Shown here: positions 1-9,623 of the stretch, in pieces
Numbering within the stretch: the first letter of the stretch is position 1
Layout of the letters: every line of letters starts with the position of its first letter
Virus record (IMG/VR): IMGVR_UViG_3300037116_000074
Coordinates: 8,376 to 72,375 of that record
Length of the DNA stretch: 64,000 bases
Direction: 5' to 3' (one strand)
From: a virus
Translations under genes and position numbers: made by a program
The notes under the pieces: model-generated
Told to the model about the DNA's origin: nothing
What the model saw: only the letters and a program-made list of their open reading frames with translations
Database searches by the model: none

Positions 1-959
1 ACTGCAAACAGCAGAACATAGCCATGCCTAGATTATGGGGGCATAATATCGACACTGGTTCTAATTCTCCCGATGGCCCAGAAGGTGCCGATGGAGAAGT
101 AAGTTTAGATATAGATGTTGTGACCGCCATAGCCCCAGGGTGCCAAATCTTGGTTGTGTTTGCTCCTAATACCACTAATGGGATTATCGATGCTATAGCT
201 AATATGAGTAACTATGTATTAAAACCTGATGTGGTCAGTAATTCATGGGGTATGCCTGAAGGTGATTGGGACCCAGCTGTTATGCAGGCGATAAATAATG
301 CTATCAAATCTTGTGTAGATAAAGGTATCAATTTCATAGCTGCCGCTGGCGATGATGGTAGTTCTGATGGCGCAAAAGGTAAAAATGTTGACTTCCCCGC
401 TTCTAGTCCTTATGCTATTTCCTGTGGTGGTACTAGGTTAATATTAAATCCAGATGGTACTAGACAGAGCGAAGTTGTATGGAATGATTTAAAGAAAGGT
501 GAAGGCGCTACAGGTGGTGGAATATCCGCCGAACAAGTAGCAGATCCTATCCAAGGCAATGCACTAGGAGTAGAGCTTAGGCACTCTCCGGATATCTCAG
601 GTAACGCAGATCCAGAATCCGGTTATATTGTTGATGTTGATGGTAATATATCTTCCATTGGTGGTACTAGTGCAGTAGCTCCACTTTATGCCGGTTTAGC
701 CGTTCTATTGGCTAGTAATTTAGACGAACCATTACCCGATTTACGGAAGGTATTATATGCGAACCCTAATGTATGTTTCGATGTTGTTTCCGGGAATAAT
801 GGTGCTTACAGCGCTGGTCCTGGTTACGATTGTTGTTCGGGACTTGGTGTTGTTGATGGAATGAAGTTGTTGAATGTTCTGAAACCGACAGCGACACAGA
901 AGGTTATGAAATTTTTAAAACAACCAATTGGGGATTTGTTACGAAATATTTCACGTTGA
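1..959 (+). CDS. S53 family (sedolisin/kumamolisin-like) serine-carboxyl peptidase, 5' truncated
   Basis: GEVSLD (E-x3-D), SNSWG, AAAGDDG oxyanion motif, FPASSPY..CGGT, PDISGNAD, GGTSAVAP catalytic Ser, GYDCCSGLG Ca-site; frame is open back to the window start. Confidence 0.93.
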   Translation, partial: CKQQNIAMPRLWGHNIDTGSNSPDGPEGADGEVSLDIDVVTAIAPGCQILVVFAPNTTNGIIDAIANMSNYVLKPDVVSNSWGMPEGDWDPAVMQAINNAIKSCVDKGINFIAAAGDDGSSDGAKGKNVDFPASSPYAISCGGTRLILNPDGTRQSEVVWNDLKKGEGATGGGISAEQVADPIQGNALGVELRHSPDISGNADPESGYIVDVDGNISSIGGTSAVAPLYAGLAVLLASNLDEPLPDLRKVLYANPNVCFDVVSGNNGAYSAGPGYDCCSGLGVVDGMKLLNVLKPTATQKVMKFLKQPIGDLLRNISR

Positions 960-1026
960 TTAATTGTTTTGTATATAAGTTTTTGTTCACGGTATAACTG
1001 TAGTAGTTAGCCATGAGGAATGAACC

Positions 1027-1344
1027 ATGATCACTAAATCAACCAATCTAGATGCCTTAGCATCCAAATATGCAACACTCAAACACCAAATAGATGGACT
1101 GAAAGTCCAGTTTGAATCCGTCCGTGATGAATTGCTATTAGAGATGCATCCAGGAGATAAGATTGAAAATCCAGAATATAACGTTACTTGTTATGCGGGT
1201 AAGTCATCAGTCATTTGGACGAAAGCCGGTGAAGCGCATAAGAAGGAATTTCAAAACACATTAATTTCACAAGGCTTAATGGATATTAAGATTGGAGATC
1301 CGTTTGTACAAGTGCGGTTTGTGAAGCAAGCTGAGGCTGAGTAA
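1027..1344 (+). CDS. hypothetical phage protein
   Basis: ORF with GAGGA RBS and upstream GGTATAACT -10-like box; N-terminal coiled-coil character. Confidence 0.7.
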   Translation: MITKSTNLDALASKYATLKHQIDGLKVQFESVRDELLLEMHPGDKIENPEYNVTCYAGKSSVIWTKAGEAHKKEFQNTLISQGLMDIKIGDPFVQVRFVKQAEAE

Positions 1345-1349
1345 GCAAT

Positions 1350-1556
1350 ATGGAACTAACTAAATATCGACAGCTGGAGATAATTTTAGCTAAATATAAT
1401 GAATGTATGATTGAATTATACGGCGAACTTATAGAACTAGTCCCACCCCAACATAAACCAATATTAATGCAAGGATTGAGATTAAGTTTAATTCAAGTAA
1501 GTGAGGCATTTAGAATCGTGTCAGATATGATATTTCAAGATAAGATTAAGCCATGA
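1350..1556 (+). CDS. hypothetical protein
   Basis: tightly packed operon ORF, ATGA overlap with the next gene. Confidence 0.6.
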   Translation: MELTKYRQLEIILAKYNECMIELYGELIELVPPQHKPILMQGLRLSLIQVSEAFRIVSDMIFQDKIKP

Positions 1557-1891
1557 AACAACCCTGTGAATATGTAGATATCGCTGAAGCCACTGGTACT
1601 ATCATATTAGACCGTGGTCGTCATCGCTTTGAATGGAATGCTACAGCTCCAGGTACATTTAAATTATCCGGTGCTAAACATGTTAAATTCTACGCTATGA
1701 CTAACTGGAAGAATAATGGACATTTGTCTATTATGGATGGGGTCGGAAGGGTTATTGCAAAGTGGCCATCATTGTTTACTGGTTCGTTCTGCCTGGAAGG
1801 CTACGCCGAAGGCGGCTTATATGTTCGGGTTGGTGCTGTAGGGTCTATAGCGCCGAAAGTTAATATTACGTGGTATGAAGCTGATGCCTGA
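1553..1891 (+). CDS. hypothetical beta-rich protein
   Basis: coupled ORF in operon. Confidence 0.6.
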   Translation: MKQPCEYVDIAEATGTIILDRGRHRFEWNATAPGTFKLSGAKHVKFYAMTNWKNNGHLSIMDGVGRVIAKWPSLFTGSFCLEGYAEGGLYVRVGAVGSIAPKVNITWYEADA

Positions 1892-2345
1892 CCTCAACAC
1901 AGCCGGATATCAAGCCAGGAGATCCTGGTCTGATGCTCATTTAACACAAGTCAAGCAAGCTCTTGGGCGGAAATTTATTATTGAAGCTAGTTTTAAACTA
2001 GATACTGAGTATGGTACTGATTTAGTAGTGCCAGATTTAAAATTTGCCGTTCGGTTACGCCAATCGAAATATTCGAATTATAGAGACTTTACACTCAGAA
2101 GCAGCGGCGGTGGAGAGCGTTCTGAATATGCTAAATTATTAGACATTCATAAATCGCCAGATTTCCTATTCTACGGCTACGCCCTAGATAAAAATACTCT
2201 CATGGCCGGTTATCTTATTGACTTGCCAGCATGGCGTGCTAGTCTTATACTGCGTGAGATGAAGCCTGTGTTTAGAAGAAATAGCGATGGTAGTCATTTC
2301 GTGGCGTTTCCTTTCTTAGAATCATATAGTGAACAAATCATATGA
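1875..2345 (+). CDS. hypothetical protein, possible PD-(D/E)XK-like nuclease fold
   Basis: D..GTDL..(x)AVRLR..DFTLR..SEYAK..DFLFYG pattern; fold call is tentative. Confidence 0.4.
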   Translation: MKLMPDLNTAGYQARRSWSDAHLTQVKQALGRKFIIEASFKLDTEYGTDLVVPDLKFAVRLRQSKYSNYRDFTLRSSGGGERSEYAKLLDIHKSPDFLFYGYALDKNTLMAGYLIDLPAWRASLILREMKPVFRRNSDGSHFVAFPFLESYSEQII

Positions 2346-2608
2346 AATACATCGACGGCACCGCAATCTTAAATTACTTACAACCGTTAGTCGAAGCTAA
2401 ACGCCAAGAGCGAAGAGATTTGTCGCTGAAAATAAGTGAAACAAAATACGGATTAGAGAGAATGGAGAAAGAATGGCTGAAAATTTATATTGAATGTAAA
2501 CAATTGGAAGATACTATCGCGCCTATACAAGTAGCTCAGAGTATGCAGAATGTTATTGCTCTGCCCGTTGAAGGGATTTATGAGGAACCGGATGATGCTT
2601 CCAAATGA
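2342..2608 (+). CDS. hypothetical coiled-coil protein
   Basis: coupled ORF, heptad-rich. Confidence 0.55.
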   Translation: MKYIDGTAILNYLQPLVEAKRQERRDLSLKISETKYGLERMEKEWLKIYIECKQLEDTIAPIQVAQSMQNVIALPVEGIYEEPDDASK

Positions 2609-3674
2609 TTACGGGATCGAAGCCCATCACCTAAACCTCCACATTAATCAGGAACAATTCAATAATCAGGTCTTTACTGTTATTGGTCATGTTTCTGGTG
2701 TCGATCCAACAACTAATAAAATTAAGTGTGTCATTCCCACTTGGACCAATGACGATATGACCTATATGGAAACCGGCTGGATTCCATTAGGCACTATGAA
2801 GGCGGGTAATCAGGAGGGTATACAAATACTGCCCTACGGTGGTGCTACTGTAACCGACCTAACTGGTCAAGCTAATAGTACTGGTAATCCCAAGCCACAA
2901 CCTGAACAAGTTTTAGTTCATATTTTAGGACAGAAGAAAGCACTCTATGTAGTCGGTGTGCAAACATTCAACCTACAGGACGTTCCACCATCTGGATATC
3001 AAGATAAATCCGGCGTAGCTGCGCAAGCTGGTGAGTGGCTGTTTAAGCATGCTACTGGTGACTATTTGTATTTTAGTAATCAGAATGCTATTACTTTACT
3101 TAGTTATACTAACCCTGCTCCGGTTTTACAACCCCAAGACGCTCCCGCTGAATTAAATCAATCCATTACTCTTGGAGTGAATGCTATTGGTGCAAATTCT
3201 AATAGTAATGGTGATAAGCCAGCAACCGTAAATTCAACCCTTATATTGCTTAATACGGCCACTAGTGGCCAAACAAATAATGCCAACACTAATGAAAATA
3301 TTACCTCTGAGACTCAGGGTTTAGCGTCTAAGAGCCTGAACATTACAGCAGATAATACCCAGGGTACTGGACGCTACACGATTACTATTAATAGTAATGA
3401 CTCTGATTTAACGATCAATATTGAAGGCAATAATAATACATACAACTTGAATGTAGCTGATGGTGTTGTTAATGTAGTCAGTGAAACTAGTAATATTCAA
3501 TCTAATACAGTTAATTTAGGGACCGGAACGATGCAGCGCATCCTGAATCATGTTTTCACGCAATTCTTCAACAATCATGTGCATTCCGGTGTACAATCAG
3601 GTTCGGGCACTACAGGAACGCCAACTATAGCTGCTGATTCCGATCAAGAAAGTCAGAATGCATATTCAAGTTAA
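2592..3674 (+). CDS. baseplate central spike (P2 gpV/Mu gp45-like)
   Basis: N-terminal OB-like GHVSGVDP...ETGWIP, beta-rich middle, C-terminal HVHSGVQSGSGTTGTP (HxH tip); RBS GAGGA at 2582. Confidence 0.85.
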   Translation: MMLPNDYGIEAHHLNLHINQEQFNNQVFTVIGHVSGVDPTTNKIKCVIPTWTNDDMTYMETGWIPLGTMKAGNQEGIQILPYGGATVTDLTGQANSTGNPKPQPEQVLVHILGQKKALYVVGVQTFNLQDVPPSGYQDKSGVAAQAGEWLFKHATGDYLYFSNQNAITLLSYTNPAPVLQPQDAPAELNQSITLGVNAIGANSNSNGDKPATVNSTLILLNTATSGQTNNANTNENITSETQGLASKSLNITADNTQGTGRYTITINSNDSDLTINIEGNNNTYNLNVADGVVNVVSETSNIQSNTVNLGTGTMQRILNHVFTQFFNNHVHSGVQSGSGTTGTPTIAADSDQESQNAYSS

Positions 3675-3686
3675 GGAGTATTATAT

Positions 3687-3839
3687 ATGGTAGTTTTTTT
3701 AGTAGTTTTAGTTCCGCTTGTCATAGCAACAGCAACATTCGATTTGGTTGTTGCAGAAACTGAAGTCGGCATGAAAAAAGTAGGACATGCAGTAGCTGCT
3801 TGTTGGCATAGACATCATGTGAAGAAAGCAGCTCAGTAG
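3687..3839 (+). CDS. small membrane protein (50 aa, not in ORF track)
   Basis: AAGGAG RBS; MVVFLVVLVPLVIATATF...KKAAQ*. Confidence 0.6.
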   Translation: MVVFLVVLVPLVIATATFDLVVAETEVGMKKVGHAVAACWHRHHVKKAAQ

Positions 3840-3849
3840 TATAATAATT

Positions 3850-4027
3850 CTGTACGATTAGTTTAAGCAAGAACCTGATCATTGTAGGTCGGAGATACTC
3901 CTAGTATCGTATAGATTAGATGGTATTACAGCCATCATCAGAGTTAATGAAAAAAGGCCCATCTAAATAAGTCCTTTTCTAGTAATAGATAGTTATGGTG
4001 AGCCCTGGAGAGATCTGGGGCTTCTCT
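3850..4027 (+). ncRNA. candidate structured RNA with degenerate tRNA-like 5' part
   Basis: TATAAT at 3840-3845; 9-bp outer stem 3850-3858/3906-3914; D-arm-like TAGTTTAA..AGAAC; ends at hairpin AGCCCTGG-AGAGA-TCTGGGGCT. Confidence 0.4.
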
Positions 4028-4074
4028 GTGACTAATTTAGCGAAAGCGCCTAATTTACTGCACAGTAAATAATA

Positions 4075-4250
4075 GTAAAACCCCCCGGTCTTCAAACTCC
4101 GGCGGGCTAACGATTTACGGCTTATCTGGGTTGCAACCCTAAATAGTTCCTATATCCTATCGGCACAGTCTACAGCCGTTACCGCTTTTTCAAATATAAG
4201 CATCCACCGTTACGAAATCTACGCTGCACTACTGTAAGTTCTCAGCGATT
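4075..4250 (-). ncRNA. candidate structured RNA (~175 nt)
   Basis: TGTTATTAT extended -10 at 4256-4264 (-); several nested stems; GC hairpin plus TTTT at 4077-4108 (-). Confidence 0.4.
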
Positions 4251-4319
4251 AAAATATAATAACATAAACTACCCCCATAAAGTAAGGTAAAATAGGTTTA
4301 ATTATTATGGAGTTTTACC

Positions 4320-4736
4320 TTGGCACAACAACAGCTCTACTTAGAATGCGGCGGTGATTTCGTTTTAAATGGCAATGGTGGGCTACAGTGGGCTACGAAT
4401 CCGTGGGATGTTATTCGCCAGAACTTTGAACGCTTCCTTTTTACCTCCCCAGCTCTTAATTCAGTATCCGGACAGCCTCAACCTGCTGATTGGATTTTCT
4501 TTCCTAAGTTTGGTCTGGGTGCTAGTCGTATGGTTGGACAAGTCTTTAACTCAGCTTATATTAATAAATTACAACAAATAGTCTATCAGGGTGCTCTGGC
4601 TGCCTCTACAGGTAACAGTAATGTACCCCCTGTAGTAACCGTGACTCAAGGTCCAGTACCTAATCAATTAAACGTTCGGGTGGTCATTACACCAACCAAT
4701 ATGCCAGCACAGACGCTGAATGTGACGTTGCCATGA
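4320..4736 (+). CDS. baseplate wedge/sheath initiator (gp25/gp46-like), TTG start
   Basis: position before baseplate J, size, W.F.P.FG.G motif, GGAG RBS. Confidence 0.7.
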   Translation: MAQQQLYLECGGDFVLNGNGGLQWATNPWDVIRQNFERFLFTSPALNSVSGQPQPADWIFFPKFGLGASRMVGQVFNSAYINKLQQIVYQGALAASTGNSNVPPVVTVTQGPVPNQLNVRVVITPTNMPAQTLNVTLP

Positions 4737-5887
4737 GTATTAACACCCAATCGCTCCAGGCATTCATCACTCAATTTATTTCAGCTTTCGCACAACAAAC
4801 CGGTGTTACTCCAGTTCTGGGCATCGGCGATCCATTAGAAGGTCTGGCTAACGCCACCGCCGCTAACGCGATGTATCTACAATTCCAAGCGCAGCAAACT
4901 GTTTTCTTCGCCCGTTTACAGACATGCTTTGGTCCAGATGTAGACAGCTTCTGTATGCAGTTCAACTTTCCGCGTGAAGGAGCACAATACGCTTCTGGAC
5001 AAGTAACGCTGGCAGTACCACTACCAGTAGTAACGCAATTAGTTATTCCAATTGGAACTATCATACAAACGACAGGATCAACAGTACAGTATCAATTAGT
5101 AGCGGATACAGGTCAGGCAGCCTATAACGTTGGCTTACAGGCTTACGTACTGGCATCCGGGGGACCAACAAGTATCACGGCATCTGTACAGGCTTTAGTG
5201 CCTGGTTCAGCTAGCAATGTTCAGATTGGGCAGCTAGTTAATTATGGGACTTCTTCGTATGGTTTTACTAGTGTCACTAACTTAGCTCCTATTATTAATG
5301 GTGCTGATGCTGAAGCTGATGCTGCCTATAAAGCCCGCTTCGAAGAATACATTCAGTCCCTATCTAAGGCAACATATTTAGCCATTCTAGTCACATGTCA
5401 AACAGTCTTCCCGGATTTCACATATACGATTTTAAACAACACGACTCCATTTAATACTATAGTTCCAGGTTGGTTTACAGTCATAGCCAATAATCCTGGT
5501 GAGACAGTTACATCACCACAGTTAGCGGCACTTCTATTAGCTGTTCAAAATGTACGCGCCTTTACAATTGAATGCAGTGTTATAGCTGCTATACCAGTTA
5601 GACCTAATATTAATTTGAATGTATCAGTATTACCCAATACAGTCCTTAGCACTGTTGAAGCAGCAGTACAAACAGCAATTATTGGTTATGTTAATAGCTT
5701 ACCTACTAATGCGAAATTATATCTATCCGACCTAGTGAATGTGGCTTTCAGTGCATCAACTTTAATTACATCGGTGGAATGGTCATCAGTGACAATTAAT
5801 GGCCAACCGGTAGATTTTCAACCAGCTATATTTCATGTTGTGCAGGCTAATGTTAATACGGTACTTGTTGGAATTTACGTCGGATGA
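4733..5887 (+). CDS. baseplate J/gp47-like wedge protein
   Basis: ASGQVT, VIPIGTII, A..PG..SN, NGADAEADAAYKARF motifs. Confidence 0.92.
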   Translation: MSINTQSLQAFITQFISAFAQQTGVTPVLGIGDPLEGLANATAANAMYLQFQAQQTVFFARLQTCFGPDVDSFCMQFNFPREGAQYASGQVTLAVPLPVVTQLVIPIGTIIQTTGSTVQYQLVADTGQAAYNVGLQAYVLASGGPTSITASVQALVPGSASNVQIGQLVNYGTSSYGFTSVTNLAPIINGADAEADAAYKARFEEYIQSLSKATYLAILVTCQTVFPDFTYTILNNTTPFNTIVPGWFTVIANNPGETVTSPQLAALLLAVQNVRAFTIECSVIAAIPVRPNINLNVSVLPNTVLSTVEAAVQTAIIGYVNSLPTNAKLYLSDLVNVAFSASTLITSVEWSSVTINGQPVDFQPAIFHVVQANVNTVLVGIYVG

Positions 5888-7962
5888 CCGTTCTTATACC
5901 ATCATTAGCCGTCGCGGGAGAAATTGTAAGCGTTCCTCATAACGCACAATCAATCGATGTTACTCTCCCTAATCTTGTATCGGATTATATTGTCTCAGGT
6001 CAACTGTCCACACCAACTACCTGCTGGCTTTCAGGAACTAATGGCAATATCGCAACATTCAGTTTTGGTTCGCCTGCTGATGCAGATGCAACTTTAACTG
6101 TTATCGCACTCCCGGCCGGGTTATCTGGATTAACGACTTTAGTTTTACCTGCTGGTACGCGCAGTTATTCGGTAACTGTACCTACGGGTCAATCAGTATT
6201 GCCGATCTGCCAGTGGAATACACAGGTATGGTATGTAATCGCCGGTAATACATGGACGTTTTATTTCTCCGCACCATCTAGTATCCCCAGTGTATTTTCA
6301 TACTTAGTTGTAGGGCCTGGGCAGAACACGCAAATCAATCAGCAGCCTGTTGATCCAGCTAGTTACACCTGGACGATTGATGCAGAGATGAGTGCTTTTT
6401 ATCTTCCAATAGCAGCAGTTAGTTGGAATACGGCCATTGGTTTCATTCCCGATGAAGAAGCACAACGGGTAACTTTACAGTTTACTAACGGAGCACCGGC
6501 CTATGCCAGTACATCAGTACTAGTTGTTAGTCTCCCTATTAATGTATCTATATTCCCATTACCACAGCCAGCCGTTATTCAACAACCGACTCCCTGGATC
6601 GTGAGTGTCATCACTCCTGAAGACTGGGCACTTCGAATGATCGCATTCTTCCCTTATCCCTGGATTTCTGATTACGCCCGAAGTATAGCCGGGATATCGT
6701 ACGCAATTTTCTTAGCCACTGGTACAGAGTTGAATTACATTTCACAACAGTTATACTATGCATGGCAAGCATGTCGTTTACAAACCGCAGTTAACGGTGC
6801 CCTGGATTTATTCGCTCAGGATTATTTCGGTAATAATCTGCCAAGACAATCTGGAGAAACAGACAATGCATATCGTATCCGTATTCAGGCACTATTATTC
6901 CAACCTCAAGTTACGCGGGAAGCGATTGTTAATGCTGTTCAGTTTGCATATCCAGGGACCATTGTTCGCGCTCTTGAGCCTTGGGCTGTATCCGACACAG
7001 GTTACTTCGCAGACAACACATCAGATTATAGTGGTAGTTATTACGACTATGACAGTCCGACTATCCCAAGTTTATATGGCAATCAGCAAGCGCGTTATCA
7101 AGGTTATTTCGAAATTCAATTAGCACCGGCTACTGAATTATCTTATAGCCTCTGGGGATTCGATTTCGCCTCAGCTTATGATGCAGTAACAGGCTGGTTC
7201 TTCGAACCAGTGACAGCGCTACAGACACAGATTGGCTTAATCAATAACTTAATCAATCAAATTACAGCACAGGGAACTCAGATATTTGTTAAGTATATTG
7301 CTGGAATTATCAATCCGTTTTCAGTGGGTGGTAGCTTCCCGATTGCCACCGGGAGATGGAATTTCACAGTCAATGTGCCAAACTCTATTGGATTTTATCT
7401 ATTCTTCTGTCAACTAAGCCAACCAATCAGTATCTGGGAAACATCCGCGCCGGCACTAAGTTTTGGACTGACATCATCGGCTCCAGTACCATCGGGAACG
7501 ATATTAAACTATTTAGCTATAGAAAATGCCACTCAAGGAGTGGGAATAGCAGCGATTAATCGTGGAGACACGGGATATCACTATTCGGGGGATGCTGTTA
7601 ATAACATCGTATTAATTCAACCAGAGTGGAATACATCATATTTCTATACAGGGCGTTCAGTTAATGCGATTAACTTCGAATTTGGATCTCCGGCACCTGT
7701 TGGTACATTGGCTAATACCTTAAAAGTTCCTCTCAGTGGACAAGCAGGGTATGCCGCAGTTGCTGCGAATGCTCTAACTAAGACTATAGCCCTAACGGTA
7801 GACCAACAGAACATACCTTTATGCGTACCGAATTGGAATACAATCGTTGGTTGCACACCTGATCCGGTGAATAATCAGATTCACTTAACATTTTCAGTTC
7901 CTGCTCCGCCAGATTCATCAGGTGAAATTATGTTTATTGCTTACAACGTGACGCCAGTTTAA
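5884..7962 (+). CDS. baseplate wedge protein (gpI/gp48-like core) flanked by repeated beta modules
   Basis: RLQTAVNGALDLFAQDYFG..R.SGETD..YR.RI core; follows baseplate J. Confidence 0.8.
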   Translation: MTVLIPSLAVAGEIVSVPHNAQSIDVTLPNLVSDYIVSGQLSTPTTCWLSGTNGNIATFSFGSPADADATLTVIALPAGLSGLTTLVLPAGTRSYSVTVPTGQSVLPICQWNTQVWYVIAGNTWTFYFSAPSSIPSVFSYLVVGPGQNTQINQQPVDPASYTWTIDAEMSAFYLPIAAVSWNTAIGFIPDEEAQRVTLQFTNGAPAYASTSVLVVSLPINVSIFPLPQPAVIQQPTPWIVSVITPEDWALRMIAFFPYPWISDYARSIAGISYAIFLATGTELNYISQQLYYAWQACRLQTAVNGALDLFAQDYFGNNLPRQSGETDNAYRIRIQALLFQPQVTREAIVNAVQFAYPGTIVRALEPWAVSDTGYFADNTSDYSGSYYDYDSPTIPSLYGNQQARYQGYFEIQLAPATELSYSLWGFDFASAYDAVTGWFFEPVTALQTQIGLINNLINQITAQGTQIFVKYIAGIINPFSVGGSFPIATGRWNFTVNVPNSIGFYLFFCQLSQPISIWETSAPALSFGLTSSAPVPSGTILNYLAIENATQGVGIAAINRGDTGYHYSGDAVNNIVLIQPEWNTSYFYTGRSVNAINFEFGSPAPVGTLANTLKVPLSGQAGYAAVAANALTKTIALTVDQQNIPLCVPNWNTIVGCTPDPVNNQIHLTFSVPAPPDSSGEIMFIAYNVTPV

Positions 7963-7998
7963 GGTAGAATAGAGACTAACTTCGGGAGAAATTTCTTA

Positions 7999-9621
7999 AT
8001 GCAAGCTAGACCTATTGTTTACACCCTTGAACAGATCCAAAGCGCTGATATCCTTGGTGGATGGGTAGATACTCTTATCGGTGATGGGAACGGCTTACAA
8101 GTTGTTCTAGGTGCTACCGGTACAGTTATTTCCAATTTAGTAGTCACACCTACTATCGGTCCTAGCCTAACATTAAATATATCTAATGGCTTTATCGCTT
8201 CTCTGAACACTGTAGACCAATCGGCTTACGGTTCTTTAACAGCCAACACGACACAAGTTTTACAGCTAGGTGGTAATTTAGTAACATCTGTTTTAATAGA
8301 TAATGCTGGCTTATCAGCAGGGCAAGCACAATATATATTGATTCAAGCTGGTTATATAGAACTAGATAGTGATCCTGTCGTTCTTCCTTACGTAAATATT
8401 TCGAATCCTTCCTCACCATTTTATGGACCATCGAATTCAGGTATCGCTCAAGACACTGTTAGAAACGCTGTCTGTGATATCCAAGTGAAATATGGTACTC
8501 CAGCAACGGCTGGTAGTGAAGTTCCTCCTTCACCAGATGCTAATTATGTCACAGTAGCTTATATAGATTTAGCTCATGGACAAGTAGCCATTACGGGTGG
8601 AGAAATCCTTAATCCTAATTTAGTCGCCGGCGGAACTGATTCACCAGTATTGGCGGGGTTATTAAACTCACATCATCACGGGATCGCTGGTGAGGCACCG
8701 CAAGTAGATTTAACTAGTGAAGTACGTAATCTACTGCCAATGGCAAACTTGTTTGCTAGTAATATTATTGGAGCAGTAACAGCCTTCAGAACTGGTTCAG
8801 GTAATCCTAACGGAGTTCTGGCCGGAAATGCCAACCATAATGGAGTTTGTGATAGTTATTATGATGTAACTAATAATGCATTTTATATGTGTACAACAAC
8901 CGGTAGTTCTAGCAGTGCTGTGTGGACATCAACTAACTTACCTGCATCACATCAGTTTAATTTAAAAGTTTTTACAACATCAGGCAGTTATACACCATCA
9001 GTTGGTACCAAGTATATCTCAGTAGCTGTAACAGGCGCTGGTGGTTCTGGACAAGGAACTGTTCCTGGTTCTGCTGCTGGTTCTGGTGGTGGCGGTGGTG
9101 GCACTGCGTTATCTATATTACCAACTACTGGATTAACATTCCCCGCAACGATTACAATTGGAACAGGGGCAGCTGGAAATTCTGGGCAAGGCGCTGGTAA
9201 TAATGGTACTAATTCACAATTTGCCACATCTGAAATCGGTACTAACTTAACCGGGTATGCCGGTGAAGGTTCTTATGGATTAACTTACTCACCACAACCT
9301 GGAGTAAACGGTGGGGCTGGCGGAGGTTCATGGCAAAGTGCTCCTGTAATGGGTACTATTACTGTAAATTCTGTAGCTTATCCTTTTATCAATCTCTTTG
9401 GTAGTCCAGGCGCTTGTGGCGATGGAGGTTCGGGTGGTAATGGTGGTGCTTCCATGTTCGGTGGTGGAGGTATTTCTGGTTCAGGACAAAACGGACCGGC
9501 TTCGCCTATACCTGGTGGTTTTGGCGGTGGTGGCGCAGGATACAATAATCTTGATGCAACACATACTGGATCTAATGGACAAAATGGTGTCTGTGTTGTT
9601 ATTGAATTTGTAGGTAATTAA
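7999..9621 (+). CDS. tail fibre/baseplate-attached protein with C-terminal glycine-rich domain
   Basis: position; FTTSGSYTP..G.GG.G glycine-rich domain ending G.CVVIEF. Confidence 0.8.
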   Translation: MQARPIVYTLEQIQSADILGGWVDTLIGDGNGLQVVLGATGTVISNLVVTPTIGPSLTLNISNGFIASLNTVDQSAYGSLTANTTQVLQLGGNLVTSVLIDNAGLSAGQAQYILIQAGYIELDSDPVVLPYVNISNPSSPFYGPSNSGIAQDTVRNAVCDIQVKYGTPATAGSEVPPSPDANYVTVAYIDLAHGQVAITGGEILNPNLVAGGTDSPVLAGLLNSHHHGIAGEAPQVDLTSEVRNLLPMANLFASNIIGAVTAFRTGSGNPNGVLAGNANHNGVCDSYYDVTNNAFYMCTTTGSSSSAVWTSTNLPASHQFNLKVFTTSGSYTPSVGTKYISVAVTGAGGSGQGTVPGSAAGSGGGGGGTALSILPTTGLTFPATITIGTGAAGNSGQGAGNNGTNSQFATSEIGTNLTGYAGEGSYGLTYSPQPGVNGGAGGGSWQSAPVMGTITVNSVAYPFINLFGSPGACGDGGSGGNGGASMFGGGGISGSGQNGPASPIPGGFGGGGAGYNNLDATHTGSNGQNGVCVVIEFVGN

Positions 9622-9623
9622 TC

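Noticed and set aside
3850-3914. Canonical tRNA (Thr/Tyr)
   Set aside because: No TTCRA T-loop, no 7-nt anticodon loop on a clean stem, no CCA; kept only as tRNA-like
4173-4210. Short - strand matches to rRNA-like words (ACGGTGGATGC, GGTAACGGCT)
   Set aside because: Only 10-11 nt with no extended similarity; treated as chance
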